In this document: positions 51,601 to 61,716 of the stretch, in pieces | Position numbering within the stretch: position 1 is the first letter of the stretch | Layout of the letters: each line of letters begins with the position of its first letter | Origin: an uncultured bacterium | GTDB lineage: Bacteria > Bacillota > Clostridia > Oscillospirales > Oscillospiraceae | Direction: 5' to 3' | Assembly: GCA_947571605.1 (NCBI GenBank) | Contig: CANOYV010000003.1 | Span: 3,976 to 67,975 of the forward strand | DNA length: 64,000 nucleotides | The notes under the pieces: generated by a model | Databases searched by the model: none | Told to the model about the DNA's origin: nothing | Seen by the model: the letters and a program-made list of their open reading frames with translations, nothing else | Position numbers and translations under genes: made by a program

Positions 51601-52256
51601 CCGTCGGCCAGCAGGGCCTTCCCCCAGGGGGTGTCCTCCGGGCCGGCGCCCACCGGCAGCGCGAAATCTTCCTTACGCGACCTCAGCCACTTCACCGGGT
51701 CGGCCTGGGCCTGGACCCGCCGGTGAACGTCCAGGATCACATCCTCCAGGGTCTGGTCGTCCCGCTCCCCCGCCAGGGCGTCCACCAGGGCGGCGAAGGG
51801 CGCGTCCTCCCCAATTTGGGCGTACCGTCCCTCCAGCACCTCCTCCAGGGCGCGGCGGCGCAGCTCGTCCCCCGTCCCCTCGTCGCACAGGCGGAAATCC
51901 GGGTCCAGATCCGCCAGATGGCCCCATTGGCGCAGGAAGTCCAGGCAGAACGCGTCGATGGTGCAGATGGGGGCCTTATATACCAACGTGGCGTTGCGGC
52001 GCAGGTGCTTATCCCCCGGCCGCCGGGCCAGCCGGGCATGGATGGCGGAGGCAATGCGGTCGCGCAGCTCGGCGGCGGCGGCGTTGGTGAAAGTGATGAC
52101 CAGGAAGCGGTCGATGTCCTCCCCCTGCTCCACCCGCGCCATCAGCCGCTCCACCAGTACCCGGGTCTTGCCCGACCCGGCGGCGGCGGACACCAGCAGG
52201 TCCCCGCCCCGGTCGTCCACCGCGGCCTGCTGCTGCCTGGTCAACTCAATCGCCAT
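48699..52256 (-). CDS. addA: ATP-dependent helicase/nuclease subunit A
   Basis: SAAAGSGKT, DEYQD, HKSKGLEF, YVAMTRA; C-terminal nuclease QGVVD...DFKT. Confidence 0.95.
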   Translation of the reverse strand: MAIELTRQQQAAVDDRGGDLLVSAAAGSGKTRVLVERLMARVEQGEDIDRFLVITFTNAAAAELRDRIASAIHARLARRPGDKHLRRNATLVYKAPICTIDAFCLDFLRQWGHLADLDPDFRLCDEGTGDELRRRALEEVLEGRYAQIGEDAPFAALVDALAGERDDQTLEDVILDVHRRVQAQADPVKWLRSRKEDFALPVGAGPEDTPWGKALLADGLELADYWLEAMTALRNEIAWDNLLDKNYGPTLEETIGGLEKLRAALNGGWDDAAACFPVPFPRPGMKRGEFNEMLKTRMATMRDQCKAQIKKLGERFDVTAGQAMDDLRAVGPAMTALLEVTAQFDGAFIRLKQRRHLIDFADGEHLAARLLTNPDGTPSDLARDVGKQFREIMVDEYQDTNAVQNAIFGALSAGDNLFMVGDVKQSIYRFRLAEPGIFLDKYERFSPAARAEPGQGRKILLSDNFRSRPEVLDGVNFIFRNVMTRAAGELDYTEAEALRPGRADLPPDERYRVELNCVDLSALADDEGKEKTDKDLVTARTAARRIRELLDSGLPVGDRPVRAEDVVILLRSPGPVLRHYAAALDEAGVPWSADGGQEFFGTTEISVAIALLQVLDNPRQDVALLAALRSPLFDFTPDRLARLRGLGEGTVYDCLAAGADRGEEDCVAFLSLLDELRELAAEESSHRLLWYIYGKLDVPNLFAALPGGGRRRANLMALYDEACRFESGGHRGLMAFLLHLSRMAENGVPVPVPKSEAGGVRILSIHKSKGLEFPVVLVCGLDRQFNEADAKSTILFHPELGLGPKRTDRARGLRYTTIARDAVALALRRQLRAEEMRLLYVAMTRAEHKLILFTAVNGRGGSLAALAGQAQCPPPPRQMGAARSMAEWVLVPVLCRRDSAPLWAELDVPRPDFPADEGYPWDVHMLSGADFERPQGAGGGVAEAPAAALPEDLVDRLSWRYPHAASAAIASKLTATQLKGREKDAEAAEDGVELRPAPPQATRLQPPVFEGERPLTPAQRGTALHMVMQYLNYDHTNDLREISDEIARLVAGQYITPRQGEAVNPADILAFFRSDLGLRLRRSSRLEREFKFSLLAPAEDYYPGGEPGEEVLLQGVVDCWFVEEDGTVTVVDFKTDRVSENTVKSRAEDYRPQLDAYTRALSQAAQVTVRRRCLWFFGVGHEVEL

Positions 52257-55200
52257 GTCCGTCCTCCTTTCGGGTCAGCCAGTTCCAGAATTCCGCCGCC
52301 CGTACCCCGCGCCGGTAGCGTTTCGCGTCGCCGCAGCCCTCCTCGAAATGGCAAGCCGCCCGGTAATCGCACCAACGGCAGGGATTTTTGTCCGCGCTGT
52401 GCCAATAGGGGTCCGCGTCGATGTTGCCCCGGGCCAGCTCCCCGGCGGCGGCGCGCAGGGTGTCGGTGACGTATTCGTCCAGCAGGTCCATCTGCTCCCC
52501 GCTGACCAGGTAGTCCGCGCCGCCCCGGCCCGTGCTGACGGGCAGGAAGCGGTAGCCCTGGGCGGCGTGCTCCATGGCGGACAGCACCTCGGGCTCGTCC
52601 AGCACCAGCCCCTGGCGGCGCATCAGCCGGTCCCTGGATTTTTGGATTTCCTCATCGGACATGCCCCGCTCGCCGTCTACCAGAGGGGTGCGGGCGGGGA
52701 CGTACAGCACCCCGGCGGGCACAATCTCCTGGTCGCCGAATACCCGCCGTCCCTCCCGGCTGAGAGCGAAGAGGTAGAGCAGCATTTGCAGCCCCCGCCC
52801 GTCCTCCACATCGGCAAAGTCGAAGCTTTTTTTGCCGGTTTTATAGTCCACCACCCGGAGATAGCGTTTCCCGCCGTGCATCCACTCGTCCACCCGGTCC
52901 ACGTAACCGGTGAGCCGCAGGCGCACTCCCCGCTCCACTTCCACCGGGGGCAGCTCCTTCCCCGGCCCGAAGCCCAGCTCGAAGGCGGCGGGGGTGAAGT
53001 CGGAGGCGGACAGTTCGGCGCACACGCTCTGTACCACCGCCAGCGCCGCCTGCTTCATGCGGCCGAAGAGGTAGCGGAACCGGGCGGGTTCGTCCTCCAG
53101 GCCCGCCAGGACCTCCCGCTCGTAGCGGTCGGCGGACTGCTGGGACAGGCGGCGCACCTCATCCGCGTCGTCCAGTGAAATCCCCTCGTTTTTCACCAAA
53201 CACAGGGTATTCTCCAGCACGTCGTGGACAAAGGTCCCGTAGTCCGACGGACGGAACGCCGCTCTCTGCCGGGGCTTGGCTTTTAGCCCGAAGCGGAGGA
53301 AGTGGCTGAAGTGGCAGGAGTTGACCAAATCCAGCCGGGTGGCCGACATGGGCACCACCGTGCCGAACAGCTCGTCTACCGCCGGCCGGGACAGCCGTCC
53401 CCGCCGCCAGTGGGCAGCGTTTTGAATGCGCTCCACCCGGGGGGCCAGCCCAGGCACCTGCCGCAGGGCATCGGCCACAGCCGGGTCCCGTCCCGCCAGC
53501 TCCAGGGCCGCATCCGGCGCGGCCAGGCGGACCAGGGGGGCCCCAGCCTCCGCCACGGGGGCGTCCGGGAACAGCGCCGCCAGCCGCTCCCAAAGGAAAC
53601 AGGGAGCGCGCTGGCCTTCCCCCGCCCCGGCGGCATAGCTGACGTATAGCCGCCGGGAGGGCCGGGCGCAGGTCTCATAGGCGATGGTCATCTCCCGGCG
53701 CAGCTTGTCCTCCTGCCGGGGGGCCAGCTCCACCTCCATGGCCGCCAGCACATCCCGGTCCTGGTCGGTAAACAATCCCGGAGAGACGGAGCAGTCCGGG
53801 ATGGAGTTGCTGTCCGCCCCCAGCAGGAACAGGGCCTTAACCTCCTTGTGGGCCATGCGGGGGGCGTCCCCCACCGTCACCGCGTCCAAAGACACGGGGA
53901 TGGCCCCCACGTCGTATTGGCTCAGCACCAGGGAGAACAGCCGGGAGAACTCCTCCAGCTCCAGCTCGGCATCCCCCAGCAACAGGGCGCACTGCTCCAG
54001 CCCTCCCACCAGGATGTCCCAGAGCTGGCGGTACTGGGCGGCGCCGTTCCGGTCCCCCCGGGCCTCCAGGCTGTCTGCCCGCTGAGCCAGGCGGGTGGGC
54101 AAGTCGATGTCGTCCAACAGCCGGTACAGGGCCAGGGCGCGGCCTTTGCCCGTTTTGTCCTTGTTTTTGCGCAGGGCTTCCAGCGGCGCGACAACCTTCC
54201 GGCGCAGTCCATCCAGCCGGGCCACAAATTCGGCATCCCCCTCCCGGAAGGTCTGGCCGTAGCCCTCCGGGTGCATATCCCAGGGCTTTTTTCTCGTCCA
54301 GGCGGAGCCCTTCAAGTCCCAGGTCAGGACGTAGTTCTCCAGCAGGTCCCGTTCCTCGTCCGTAATGCCCGTCAGCCCCGTTTTCAGGTAGCGGAACAGC
54401 TCCTCGTAGGGGTAGTCCTCCGCCACCGCCGCCAGGGCGGAGGTGACCAGCGCCAGCACCGGCTTTTCCAGCACATCCTCCATGGCGGACAGAAACACCG
54501 GCACCCCGTACCGGGCAAATACACTCTCGATAAGTTCCCCGTACCCGTCCAGCTTCCGGGCGCATACGGCGATCTCCCGGCAACGGCAGTCCTCCTCCCG
54601 CAGCAGGCGCAGAATCTCGGCGGCGCACCACTCCACCTCCTGCCGGGGGGTGGCGGCGGCGGCGCGGGTCACGGCGCACTCCCCGTTCCAGCCGCCTTCG
54701 GGCATGGAGCCGAACAGGTTTTGCTCCAAAAAAACCAGGGAGGGATGGCGGGCAAGGGGGCGGTCCAATGTCTCCTCCAGGAGAAACGCACCGTTTTCGC
54801 GGGCCAGCCGCACCAGCCGCCGGGAGGCCCGGAACGCGGGCTGAAAGACACCCAACTGGTCGTCCCCGGCGTCGCACACAAAGGCCACCGTCAGTTCCCC
54901 CTGGGCCATCAGCGCGGACAAAACCTGCTCCTCCTGGGGGGTGAAGTCGGTGAAACCGTAGACATAGAACGCCATCCCCGCCCCCCAGCGGGTGTCCTGA
55001 AGCTGGACCGCCAGACGGTCCAGACGGCCCCTGGGGTCGGCGGCCCCCTGAGCCTCCATCGCTTGATAGGCGGCGTAGATCATCCCCAGGTCCCGGAGCT
55101 TGTCCCCCTGGCGGCCTCCCAGCTCCTCCCCGGCGGAGATGAGCGATTCCGGCTCCACCCGGTAAGAGCGGCACTCGTCCACTGTGGCCAGCAGGCCGGT

Positions 55201-55542
55201 AAGGAACGCGGGCTTCCGGGAGGGCGCGCGGTAGGTGGTCAGCGCGTCGGACACCCGCCGCAGCGCGGCGTACATCAGCAACATCCGCCCGCCCGCGTCC
55301 AGCATGGGCGCGGCCCCGCCCCCGGCGGCGTCGGTGAGCCGCCCGGCCAGCCGGGTGAAGGACAGCACCTCGCATTTCATGGACGCGCCGCTCCCCAGCG
55401 CGGCGCACATGGCCCGCTCGCTCTCATGGGAATACTGCTCGGGCACGATGAGCAGCCGGCGGCGGGCGGGGGAACGGCCCATCCGCTCCAGCAGCTCCCC
55501 CCGGATGTCCTGCCCGGCCCGGGCGTACAGCAGGTCCAGCAT
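52246..55542 (-). CDS. addB: ATP-dependent helicase/nuclease subunit B
   Basis: VPEQYSHE; nuclease motif GYVDRVD...DYKTG; Fe-S Cys cluster (C..H, CRWCDY..C). Confidence 0.92.
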   Translation of the reverse strand: MLDLLYARAGQDIRGELLERMGRSPARRRLLIVPEQYSHESERAMCAALGSGASMKCEVLSFTRLAGRLTDAAGGGAAPMLDAGGRMLLMYAALRRVSDALTTYRAPSRKPAFLTGLLATVDECRSYRVEPESLISAGEELGGRQGDKLRDLGMIYAAYQAMEAQGAADPRGRLDRLAVQLQDTRWGAGMAFYVYGFTDFTPQEEQVLSALMAQGELTVAFVCDAGDDQLGVFQPAFRASRRLVRLARENGAFLLEETLDRPLARHPSLVFLEQNLFGSMPEGGWNGECAVTRAAAATPRQEVEWCAAEILRLLREEDCRCREIAVCARKLDGYGELIESVFARYGVPVFLSAMEDVLEKPVLALVTSALAAVAEDYPYEELFRYLKTGLTGITDEERDLLENYVLTWDLKGSAWTRKKPWDMHPEGYGQTFREGDAEFVARLDGLRRKVVAPLEALRKNKDKTGKGRALALYRLLDDIDLPTRLAQRADSLEARGDRNGAAQYRQLWDILVGGLEQCALLLGDAELELEEFSRLFSLVLSQYDVGAIPVSLDAVTVGDAPRMAHKEVKALFLLGADSNSIPDCSVSPGLFTDQDRDVLAAMEVELAPRQEDKLRREMTIAYETCARPSRRLYVSYAAGAGEGQRAPCFLWERLAALFPDAPVAEAGAPLVRLAAPDAALELAGRDPAVADALRQVPGLAPRVERIQNAAHWRRGRLSRPAVDELFGTVVPMSATRLDLVNSCHFSHFLRFGLKAKPRQRAAFRPSDYGTFVHDVLENTLCLVKNEGISLDDADEVRRLSQQSADRYEREVLAGLEDEPARFRYLFGRMKQAALAVVQSVCAELSASDFTPAAFELGFGPGKELPPVEVERGVRLRLTGYVDRVDEWMHGGKRYLRVVDYKTGKKSFDFADVEDGRGLQMLLYLFALSREGRRVFGDQEIVPAGVLYVPARTPLVDGERGMSDEEIQKSRDRLMRRQGLVLDEPEVLSAMEHAAQGYRFLPVSTGRGGADYLVSGEQMDLLDEYVTDTLRAAAGELARGNIDADPYWHSADKNPCRWCDYRAACHFEEGCGDAKRYRRGVRAAEFWNWLTRKEDGHGD

Positions 55543-55654
55543 GGCGGGACCCCCTTTCGCGGTTTTTCTACATTATAACAAACGCCATCCTCCGGGGCAA
55601 CTGCGGTGTGGAACAAATTCTCCCTGCGCCAAAAGAAAAAACCGAAAAATTCTG

Positions 55655-55683
55655 TTGACAAACCTTCCCCTATCTGGTATGAT
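55655..55683 (+). promoter_or_regulatory. SigA promoter of infC-rpmI-rplT
   Basis: TTGACA-N17-TATGAT. Confidence 0.8.
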
Positions 55684-55697
55684 ACTTGGGCAAAAGG

Positions 55698-55826
55698 AAG
55701 CAGGAATGGCGCCGCCGTCCTCACCTCCCGCCGCAGGCGAAGGGGTCAACATGGTGAGATTCGCACGGAAAGTGCGTGTTTCGTTGTGGACGTGGGTGCC
55801 TTGCCGCATTCACGTTTTTTATTTTT
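55698..55826 (+). ncRNA. L20 ribosomal protein leader (attenuator)
   Basis: AAGCAG...CTCACCT motif and a terminator-like hairpin with U-tract directly upstream of infC, as in Firmicutes L20 leaders. Confidence 0.65.
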
Positions 55827-55840
55827 GGAGGTGCGTGACC

Positions 55841-56368
55841 ATAGCTAATACGGCTCATCAAATCAACGAGGAAATCCGCGACCGGGAAGTGCGGCTCATC
55901 GGCGCCGACGGCGCTCAGCTGGGCGTCATGTCCGCCCGGGAGGCCCAGGTCCGCGCCGACGAGGCCGGGTTGGACCTGGTCAAAATCTCTCCCACCGCCA
56001 CCCCCCCCGTGTGCAAGCTCATGGACTACGGCAAGTACCGCTTTGAGCAGGCCAAGCGGGAGAAGGAGGCCAAAAAGAACCAGCACGTGGTGGAAATCAA
56101 AGAGGTGCGGATGTCCCCCGGCATCGACATCGGCGACTTCAATACCAAACTGCGCAACGCCCAGAAGTTTTTGGCCGAGGGCAACCGGGTGAAGGTCACC
56201 GTCCGTTTCCGGGGCCGGGAGATGGCCCACACCGACATTGGAAAGAAGCTGCTGCTGGACTTCGCCGAGCAGTGCGGCGAGTTGGCCGTGCTGGACAAGG
56301 AGCCCAAGCTGGAGGGCCGGCACATGAGCATCTTCCTGTCTGCAAAAAGCGCGAAAACCAACAAGTAA
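55841..56368 (+). CDS. infC: Translation initiation factor IF-3 (ATA start)
   Basis: [33 protein letters not shown]; GGAGG RBS then non-canonical ATA start. Confidence 0.93.
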   Translation: MANTAHQINEEIRDREVRLIGADGAQLGVMSAREAQVRADEAGLDLVKISPTATPPVCKLMDYGKYRFEQAKREKEAKKNQHVVEIKEVRMSPGIDIGDFNTKLRNAQKFLAEGNRVKVTVRFRGREMAHTDIGKKLLLDFAEQCGELAVLDKEPKLEGRHMSIFLSAKSAKTNK

Positions 56369-56439
56369 GAAGCGCGGAGCAGGCGGTCCGGCCGCGTGCA
56401 AAGCGTGACATCATCAACTACGAAAAGGAGACAACCGCC

Positions 56440-56643
56440 ATGCCTAAAGTGAAAACCCACAGCGGTGCCAAGAAGCGTTTCAATCTGACCAAGAACGGAA
56501 AGGTCAAGCGCGCCCACGCCAATAAGAGCCACCTGCTCAACGGCCACGGCAAGACCCGCAAACTCAAGAGAAGCCTCCGCAAGGGCGGCTATGCCGACGT
56601 GACCAACGCGGCCACCATCAAGCGCATGGTTCCCTATAAATAA
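56440..56643 (+). CDS. rpmI: 50S ribosomal protein L35
   Basis: [14 protein letters not shown]. Confidence 0.96.
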   Translation: MPKVKTHSGAKKRFNLTKNGKVKRAHANKSHLLNGHGKTRKLKRSLRKGGYADVTNAATIKRMVPYK

Positions 56644-56686
56644 GGAACGGCATCATATTTTACTCAATACAGGAGGCTGAACAACA

Positions 56687-57043
56687 ATGGCACGAGTCAA
56701 AGGCGCAATGATGACGCGCAAGAGAAGGAATAAGGTCCTCAAGCTGGCCAAGGGCTACTGGGGCGCCAAGAGCAAGCATTACAAGATGGCCAACGAGCAG
56801 GTCATGAAGTCCCTGCAATACGCCTATGTGGGCCGGCGGCTGAAGAAGCGCGACTTCCGTCAGCTCTGGATCGCCCGCATCAGCGCCGGCTGCAAGATGA
56901 ACGGCATGAACTATTCCACCTTCATGCACGGCCTGAAGCTGGCCAACGTGGGCATCAACCGCAAGATGCTGGCCGAGATGGCCGTCAACGACAAGGCCGC
57001 CTTCACCCAGCTCACCGAGCTGGCCAAGGGCAAGCTGGCATAA
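56687..57043 (+). CDS. rplT: 50S ribosomal protein L20
   Basis: MARVKG...[12 protein letters not shown]. Confidence 0.97.
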   Translation: MARVKGAMMTRKRRNKVLKLAKGYWGAKSKHYKMANEQVMKSLQYAYVGRRLKKRDFRQLWIARISAGCKMNGMNYSTFMHGLKLANVGINRKMLAEMAVNDKAAFTQLTELAKGKLA

Positions 57044-57045
57044 GA

Positions 57046-57172
57046 AGCGCGAGGATAGGCACATAGGGACGGATGGACCGGAACGAGGAGTAAAACCCAG
57101 GGCCCGCGAAGCGGAGCCGGATTTTCTCCGAGTCGGAGGGAAGCCGTCCCGTAATGTGCCCAATCCGGGCGC
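57046..57172 (+). repeat. Structured intergenic repeat, family 2 copy C
   Basis: 127 bp, GCGC-bounded; GGCACAT/ATGTGCC and GGGACGG/CCGTCCC pairings. Confidence 0.75.
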
Positions 57173-57183
57173 GACAACACCAG

Positions 57184-57215
57184 AAACAGGGGGCTGTTCA
57201 AGCCCCCTGTTTTTT
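57184..57215 (+). terminator. Intrinsic terminator after rplT
   Basis: AAACAGGGGGCT...AGCCCCCTGTTTTTT. Confidence 0.75.
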
Positions 57216-57255
57216 GATATAATACGATGAAACTTGTCCCAAGGAGTGATACGCC

Positions 57256-58194
57256 ATGCACGAAAATCAACTGGCCGCCCAGGTGGTGGGCGAAGTGAAA
57301 AAGGCTGTGGTAGGCAAGGACGAGATCGTGGCCAAGACCCTCATGGCGGTGCTGGCCCGGGGCCACGTCCTGCTGGAGGACATCCCCGGCGTAGGCAAGA
57401 CCACTATGGCCATCGCCTTCTCCAAGGCCCTGGGACTGCAATACAACCGGGTGCAATTCACCCCCGACGTAATGCCCTCCGATCTGACGGGCTTTTCCCT
57501 CTATAACAAGGCCACCGGGCAGATGGAGTACCAGCCCGGCGCGCTGCTGTGCAACCTGTTCCTGGCCGACGAGCTGAACCGGGCCACCAGCCGCACCCAA
57601 TCCGCCCTGCTGGAGGCCATGGAGGAGGGCCGGGTGACGGTGGACGGCGCGGTCCATCCCATCCCCGATCCCTTCCTGGTCATCGCCACCCAGAATCCCA
57701 CCGGGGCCTCCGGCACCCAGATGCTGCCCGACTCCCAGTTGGACCGCTTCGCTCTGCGCCTGACCATGGGCTACCCCGCTCCGGCGGACGAGATGGAGTT
57801 GCTTCAACGCAAAATGCGGGGCGGCCTCATGGACAAGGTGTGCCAGGCGGCGGACCGGGAGCAGTTGTCCGCCCTCCGCGCCCAAGTGGACCGGGTGTTT
57901 GTGGACGACGCCATCCTGGACTATATCCTCCGGCTGATCCAGGCCACCCGGAGCCATCCCCAACTGGCCCAGGGGGCCAGCCCCCGGGCGGCCATCTCGG
58001 TGTCCGCGCTGTGCCGGTCCTGCGCCTTTCTCCGGGGGCGGGACTACGTCATCCCCGAAGACGTGAAACTCGTCTGGGTGGACGCCGTCGCCCACCGTCT
58101 GGTCCTCCCCGCCGGGTCGGCGGGGGGCTCGCAGCGGGCCATCGACATCGCCTCGGAGGTGCTCGCCGCCACCCGTGCCCCCCGCCTGCGTTGA
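57256..58194 (+). CDS. MoxR-family AAA+ ATPase
   Basis: LLEDIPGVGKT, FTPDVMPSD, ADELNR, ATQNP, DRF. Confidence 0.92.
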   Translation: MHENQLAAQVVGEVKKAVVGKDEIVAKTLMAVLARGHVLLEDIPGVGKTTMAIAFSKALGLQYNRVQFTPDVMPSDLTGFSLYNKATGQMEYQPGALLCNLFLADELNRATSRTQSALLEAMEEGRVTVDGAVHPIPDPFLVIATQNPTGASGTQMLPDSQLDRFALRLTMGYPAPADEMELLQRKMRGGLMDKVCQAADREQLSALRAQVDRVFVDDAILDYILRLIQATRSHPQLAQGASPRAAISVSALCRSCAFLRGRDYVIPEDVKLVWVDAVAHRLVLPAGSAGGSQRAIDIASEVLAATRAPRLR

Positions 58195-58198
58195 CGCC

Positions 58199-59200
58199 AT
58201 GATCCTCCGCCGCATATTGTACGGCCTCACCCTCGTCGGGGTGTTGCTGTTTCACATCACCAACGAAAACTACCTGGCTCAGTTCCTGCTGTGCCTGTGC
58301 GTCGCCCTGCCCCTGCTGTCGCTGGCGCTGTCCCTGCCGGGTATGCTGGGGTGCAGGCTGGAGCTGTCCTCTCTCCCTCCCGCCCTGGAGCGGGGCGCGG
58401 ACGGCCGCTGGCAGGCCTCCATCAAGACCCCCAACGGCCTGCCCCTGTCCCGGCTCACCATCCACCTGCGCTGTAAGAACCTGCTCAACGGCCAGAGGGA
58501 CCACCGCCGGTTGGTGCTGTCCGGGGTGGCCCGCCGCCGCCCGGTGGAGCTGACCGTGTCCACCGACCACTGCGGCCTGCTGGAGCTGCGGGTGGACCGG
58601 GCCCGCGTATACGACTACCTGGGGCTGTTCTCCCTGCGGGTGGCCCGGCCGCAACCCGCCCGGATGCTGTGCCGCCCCATTCCCGTCCCGGTGGAGCTGC
58701 CCACCCTGCCGGAGGCGCAGGGCGCCCGCCCTTCCCCCGTCAGCGCCGCCCGCTCGGGCCCCGGGGAGGACTATGAGCTGCGGGACTACCGCCCCGGCGA
58801 CCCCATGCGCTCGGTTCACTGGAAGCTGTCCTCCAAGTGGGACGAGCTCGTCGTCCGGGAGCCGGCCGAGACCCTGATCCCCCTGCCCTTGCTCACCCTG
58901 GACCGGTTCGGCGAATCTGACGCGCTGGATCTGCTGCTGGACCGGACGCTGGGGATGAGCCGCGCCCTGCTGGCCGTCCAGCGGCCCCACGCCCTGCTGT
59001 GGCTGGACAAGGACGGGCAACCCCAACTGCGCGTGGTGTCCGACGAGAAGCAGCAGACCGAATGCCTGCTGGACCTGATGGGCTCCTTCGCGCCCCCGGC
59101 GGGTCCCTCCCTGGACGACCACCCCGAGCTGCTCCGGGGCCCCGACGGCCCGGTGTTCCGCATCCACGTCACTCTGAAGGGGGGCGATACCCGTGACTGA
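58199..59200 (+). CDS. DUF58 domain protein
   Basis: RDYRPGDPMRSVHWKLS motif; follows moxR. Confidence 0.85.
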   Translation: MILRRILYGLTLVGVLLFHITNENYLAQFLLCLCVALPLLSLALSLPGMLGCRLELSSLPPALERGADGRWQASIKTPNGLPLSRLTIHLRCKNLLNGQRDHRRLVLSGVARRRPVELTVSTDHCGLLELRVDRARVYDYLGLFSLRVARPQPARMLCRPIPVPVELPTLPEAQGARPSPVSAARSGPGEDYELRDYRPGDPMRSVHWKLSSKWDELVVREPAETLIPLPLLTLDRFGESDALDLLLDRTLGMSRALLAVQRPHALLWLDKDGQPQLRVVSDEKQQTECLLDLMGSFAPPAGPSLDDHPELLRGPDGPVFRIHVTLKGGDTRD

Positions 59201-61550
59201 CCGCGACGCCCGTTTCTCCCCCCTCACCGTTCTGGGGGACGGCCTGCTGCTCCTCTGCGCCATCGCGGGTTTCACCCTGTCTTTTCTGTCCCTGTACGGC
59301 GGCGAGCGGCTGGACGAATTCATCGCCACCCCAACCACCGCCCTGGACCTGTGCGCCACCCAGCCGGGCATCCTGCTGGGCCCGGCGGTGCTGTTCGCCC
59401 TGGCGGCGCTGTGCGCGTGGTCGCTGCCCCGGTTCCGGTGGGCGGCGGCGGGCGGGCTGGCCGCCCTGTGGGGCCTGCTGCTCTTTTTCAACTGGGACCG
59501 GACGGTCCAGGGCGCGGCAATCGCCGTGCGCATCATTTCCGACCTGTTCACCCGGCAGGTGAGCTGGGGCCGCGCCTTCGCCTATGAGTCCGGCCTCACC
59601 CCATCCCAGGAGGGCGCCGCTGCCAAGCTGTTCCTGATGCTGGCCCTGGCGCTGCTGGCCCTGGCCCTGGGCTGGGCGGTGGCGCGGGCCCGGCGGTGGT
59701 GGCTGGTGCTGGCGCTCACCCTGCCGCCCCTGCTCCCCGGCCTGCTGGCCGACCTGTACCCGGACTGGCCTCCCTTTATGGCCCTGGCTTTGTGCTGGTG
59801 CGTCATGCTGCTCACCGACCTGTGCAAGTGGGCCGCCCCCGACCGCCGGGGCGTCCTCACCCTGGCCATGCTGCCCTGCGTGGGGCTGGCGCTGGCCCTC
59901 ATCACCTTCGCCTTCCCCCGGGAGGGCTACACCCGACCCGACTGGGCCCTCCGTGCGGAGGTCCGGCTCAGCGACACGGGAATCCGCCTGGCGGACTTCT
60001 TCGCCCAATTCGACGGCCCCTTCCATAATACCGTTACCTACGTGGGCGCGGCGGAGGAGGCGGACCTGGCCCACGCCGGGCCGCTGAACTACTCCGGGCG
60101 CACCGTGCTCCGGGTGTCCTCCGACTGCCCGGACCGGCTCTATCTCCGGGGGGCTTCCCTGGCCGTCTACGAGGAAGGGGTGTGGCAGCCCCTGCCCCAG
60201 GGAACCTATCAGGAATACTTGGACCGGGCGGGCGAGGACGCAAGTTCGTTTCCGCTGGAGTTCCCCGCGCTTGCCGGCATGGGCGAAGACGGAGCGGGGG
60301 GACCTTACACCGCCACAGTGGACGACGTGGGGACGGCGGGGACTTGCGTCTATACCCCCTACTTTCTGTTTCAGGCACAGTGGGACGAGTGGGGAATGCT
60401 GCCCGTGGAGGACGCCTATTTTGCCCGGAGGCAGGGCCAGCGGCAACATACCATGACTTTCATGCAGATCGACCCCCGCCGGGGGCTGTTTCCGGAGGAT
60501 TTCGCCCCGGCTCTACTCGCCGAATACCGGGACTATGTACTCGCCCACTATCTGGATATGGAATCGGAGCTGAGTCAATATCTGGCCCGTCTCTGTGTGG
60601 ACGGCGGAGCCGCCGGCGCGGCCCGGTACGGGGAAAATTATGACTCCATCCAGGCCGCCCTGGACGTCGCCGCCCTGCTGGACAAGCTGTGCGAGTACGA
60701 TCCGGAAACCCCCGCCGCCCCAGAGGGGGAGGACCCGGTGCTCTACTTCCTCAACGACAGCCGCCGGGGATACTGCATGCACTTCGCCTCCGCCGCCACG
60801 CTGATGCTCCGCTCCCTGGGCGTCCCTGCCCGGTATGTCAGCGGCTTCACCGCCGTCCCCCGGCCGGGGCGGACGGTGGACGTGCCCGACCGGGCCGCCC
60901 ACGCCTGGGTGGAGGTGTGGGTGGACGGCTTCGGCTGGTATCCCGTGGAGGTCACCCCGCCCGCCGCCTTTGAGTGGTATCAACAGGGGGAGCTCGCCCC
61001 CATCGACCTGCCCTCCGATCCCGTGGAGGAGAGCGACGGCCCGGAGTCCACCCCCACCCCCACTCCCTCCGACGACCCCGCCCCCTCCGACGAACCCAGC
61101 CAGCCCCAGGGCGGCGACGGGGAAGGTCCTGCGGGCGGGCTTGACCCGGCTATTCTAATCAACATCGCCAAGGCGCTGGCCGCCGCCGTTGGCGTGGCCG
61201 CCCTGCTCTGGCTGGGGCAGTACCTGCCCAAGCGAGTCCGGATCAAAAAGCTGTCCGCCCCTGACCGTAACCGCGCCGCCCTGAACGGCTACAGCTACCT
61301 GCTCCGTATGGAGCGCTGGGGCGGGCGGGTGGACCAGCGGGCGGTGGAGCTGGCCCAAAAGGCGAAATTCAGTCCGCACACCCTCACCGGGGAGGAGCTG
61401 GACGAGCTGCGCACCCTGGTGGACCGGGAGCGGGAGCGGCTGTGCATCGTCCTCAGTCCCGTGCAGCGGCTGGTGTTCCGCTACCTCTGGGGGATGCCCC
61501 GGCGGCCTGAGCCACCTGGGTCGGAGCAGCCCCCGGAAAAGCCGGAATAA
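59193..61550 (+). CDS. Membrane protein with transglutaminase-like domain
   Basis: N-terminal TMs; GYCMHFASA, HAWVEVW, EVT catalytic-type motifs. Confidence 0.87.
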   Translation: MTDRDARFSPLTVLGDGLLLLCAIAGFTLSFLSLYGGERLDEFIATPTTALDLCATQPGILLGPAVLFALAALCAWSLPRFRWAAAGGLAALWGLLLFFNWDRTVQGAAIAVRIISDLFTRQVSWGRAFAYESGLTPSQEGAAAKLFLMLALALLALALGWAVARARRWWLVLALTLPPLLPGLLADLYPDWPPFMALALCWCVMLLTDLCKWAAPDRRGVLTLAMLPCVGLALALITFAFPREGYTRPDWALRAEVRLSDTGIRLADFFAQFDGPFHNTVTYVGAAEEADLAHAGPLNYSGRTVLRVSSDCPDRLYLRGASLAVYEEGVWQPLPQGTYQEYLDRAGEDASSFPLEFPALAGMGEDGAGGPYTATVDDVGTAGTCVYTPYFLFQAQWDEWGMLPVEDAYFARRQGQRQHTMTFMQIDPRRGLFPEDFAPALLAEYRDYVLAHYLDMESELSQYLARLCVDGGAAGAARYGENYDSIQAALDVAALLDKLCEYDPETPAAPEGEDPVLYFLNDSRRGYCMHFASAATLMLRSLGVPARYVSGFTAVPRPGRTVDVPDRAAHAWVEVWVDGFGWYPVEVTPPAAFEWYQQGELAPIDLPSDPVEESDGPESTPTPTPSDDPAPSDEPSQPQGGDGEGPAGGLDPAILINIAKALAAAVGVAALLWLGQYLPKRVRIKKLSAPDRNRAALNGYSYLLRMERWGGRVDQRAVELAQKAKFSPHTLTGEELDELRTLVDRERERLCIVLSPVQRLVFRYLWGMPRRPEPPGSEQPPEKPE

Positions 61551-61585
61551 AGCCAAAATTTTGGCATAAAACGCCCATCGGCCCC

Positions 61586-61614
61586 TTGACAATTCGCAAA
61601 TGATCCTGTATCAT
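61586..61614 (+). promoter_or_regulatory. SigA promoter of rpsF-ssb-rpsR
   Basis: TTGACA-N17-TATCAT. Confidence 0.75.
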
Positions 61615-61656
61615 AGTTTAGTCTGCCGCTTGATGAAAAAAACAGGAATCGCGGCA

Positions 61657-61707
61657 AACCATCCTTGCCTCCGGCGAGACCGGAGGCCATAAGACCATAA
61701 GGAGGTG
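61657..61707 (+). ncRNA. S6:S18 ribosomal protein leader
   Basis: CCTTGCCTCCGG-CGAGA-CCGGAGGC hairpin with CCTT able to pair with the AAGGAGG RBS of rpsF. Confidence 0.6.
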
Positions 61708-61716
61708 CAAAACACA

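Noticed and set aside
55841-55843. ATA start of infC as a novelty
   Set aside because: Non-AUG starts in infC are an established autoregulatory feature.
57256-61550. MoxR-DUF58-transglutaminase operon as a new system
   Set aside because: A widespread, already described gene arrangement.
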